Shown: positions 36,194 through 36,459 of the stretch, one piece after another
How positions within the stretch are numbered: the first letter of the stretch is position 1
Layout: every line of letters starts with the position of its first letter
Source of the DNA: Candidatus Desantisbacteria bacterium CG1_02_49_89
Lineage (GTDB): Bacteria; Desantisbacteria; UBA1551
Reading direction: 5' to 3'
NCBI GenBank assembly: GCA_001871075.1
Contig: MNUP01000147.1
Span: 1-36,459 of the forward strand
Length of the DNA: 36,459 nucleotides
Notes under the pieces: model-generated
What the model was told of the DNA's origin: nothing
Seen by the model: the letters and a program-made list of their open reading frames with translations, nothing else
The model's database searches: none
Made by a program: the position numbers and the translations under genes

Positions 36194-36459
36194 AGTCTGT
36201 TGAAACGGCACGGCCGGTCTCGGCCGATTTCTTCTCAAACATTATTATTTCCAGCGAGTTGCGCGCGTCTTTGGCAGTAACCACCTTTAGCTTCTGGTTT
36301 GAATCAACACAGTCTATGAAATATTTTATCTCGTTGTAATAACCTCCCAGCACCGATATGTTCCCGCCCGCGTCTTCAGCTGCCATGGCCTCGACAGCCG
36401 GGTGCTCTACCCCGTCCGCGGTAAAAACAGCCAGGGTTTTTTCCTGCCTGCAGTCAAAA
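36192..36459 (-). CDS. Gfo/Idh/MocA family oxidoreductase, C-terminal part (starts outside window)
   Basis: GY..EI.YF.DCV...DARNSLEI....KSAETGRAV C-terminus typical of the family; neighbours are sugar-catabolic genes. Confidence 0.7.
   Translation of the reverse strand, partial: FDCRQEKTLAVFTADGVEHPAVEAMAAEDAGGNISVLGGYYNEIKYFIDCVDSNQKLKVVTAKDARNSLEIIMFEKKSAETGRAVSTD

Overview
Core-genome window (about 50% GC, by eye) from a bacterium that is probably an uncultured diderm anaerobe. Every supported gene lies on the minus strand. In transcription order (right to left): partial Gfo/Idh/MocA oxidoreductase, sugar-phosphate epimerase, PIG-L deacetylase, membrane hydrolase-like protein, tRNA-Thr, small membrane protein, argS, GAF/HD-GYP phosphodiesterase, two GAF-GGDEF cyclases, rho, rpmE, EnvC-like M23 protein, S41 protease, holB, ricT/PSP1 (with an internal TAA), metG, ugd, UDP-glucuronate decarboxylase fused to DUF59, class II ribonucleotide reductase, iron-sulfur flavoprotein, RseC, mnmA, ferredoxin, miaA, rpsB-tsf-pyrH-frr-uppS-cdsA-dxr-rseP-ispG, tRNA-Leu, GIY-YIG nuclease, tRNA-fMet, cNMP-binding protein, archaeal-type aroA'/aroB', and a partial asparaginase-like gene. 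The most unusual layer is non-coding. (i) A GIY-YIG gene reads into tRNA-fMet and stops in its anticodon loop, and is preceded by a duplicated pseudo-tRNA whose anticodon arm is replaced by a palindrome; tRNA-Thr and tRNA-Leu also carry partial duplicates. (ii) Many gene junctions hold short gene-less elements with periodic (6-, 7- or ~10-12-nt) inverted arms, often nested with GC-rich hairpins. (iii) Heptamer arrays of the same kind sit in frame inside ispG (twice), dxr and argS. No transposase, integrase or CRISPR array is present. Products are assigned by motif recognition only; no database searches were run.
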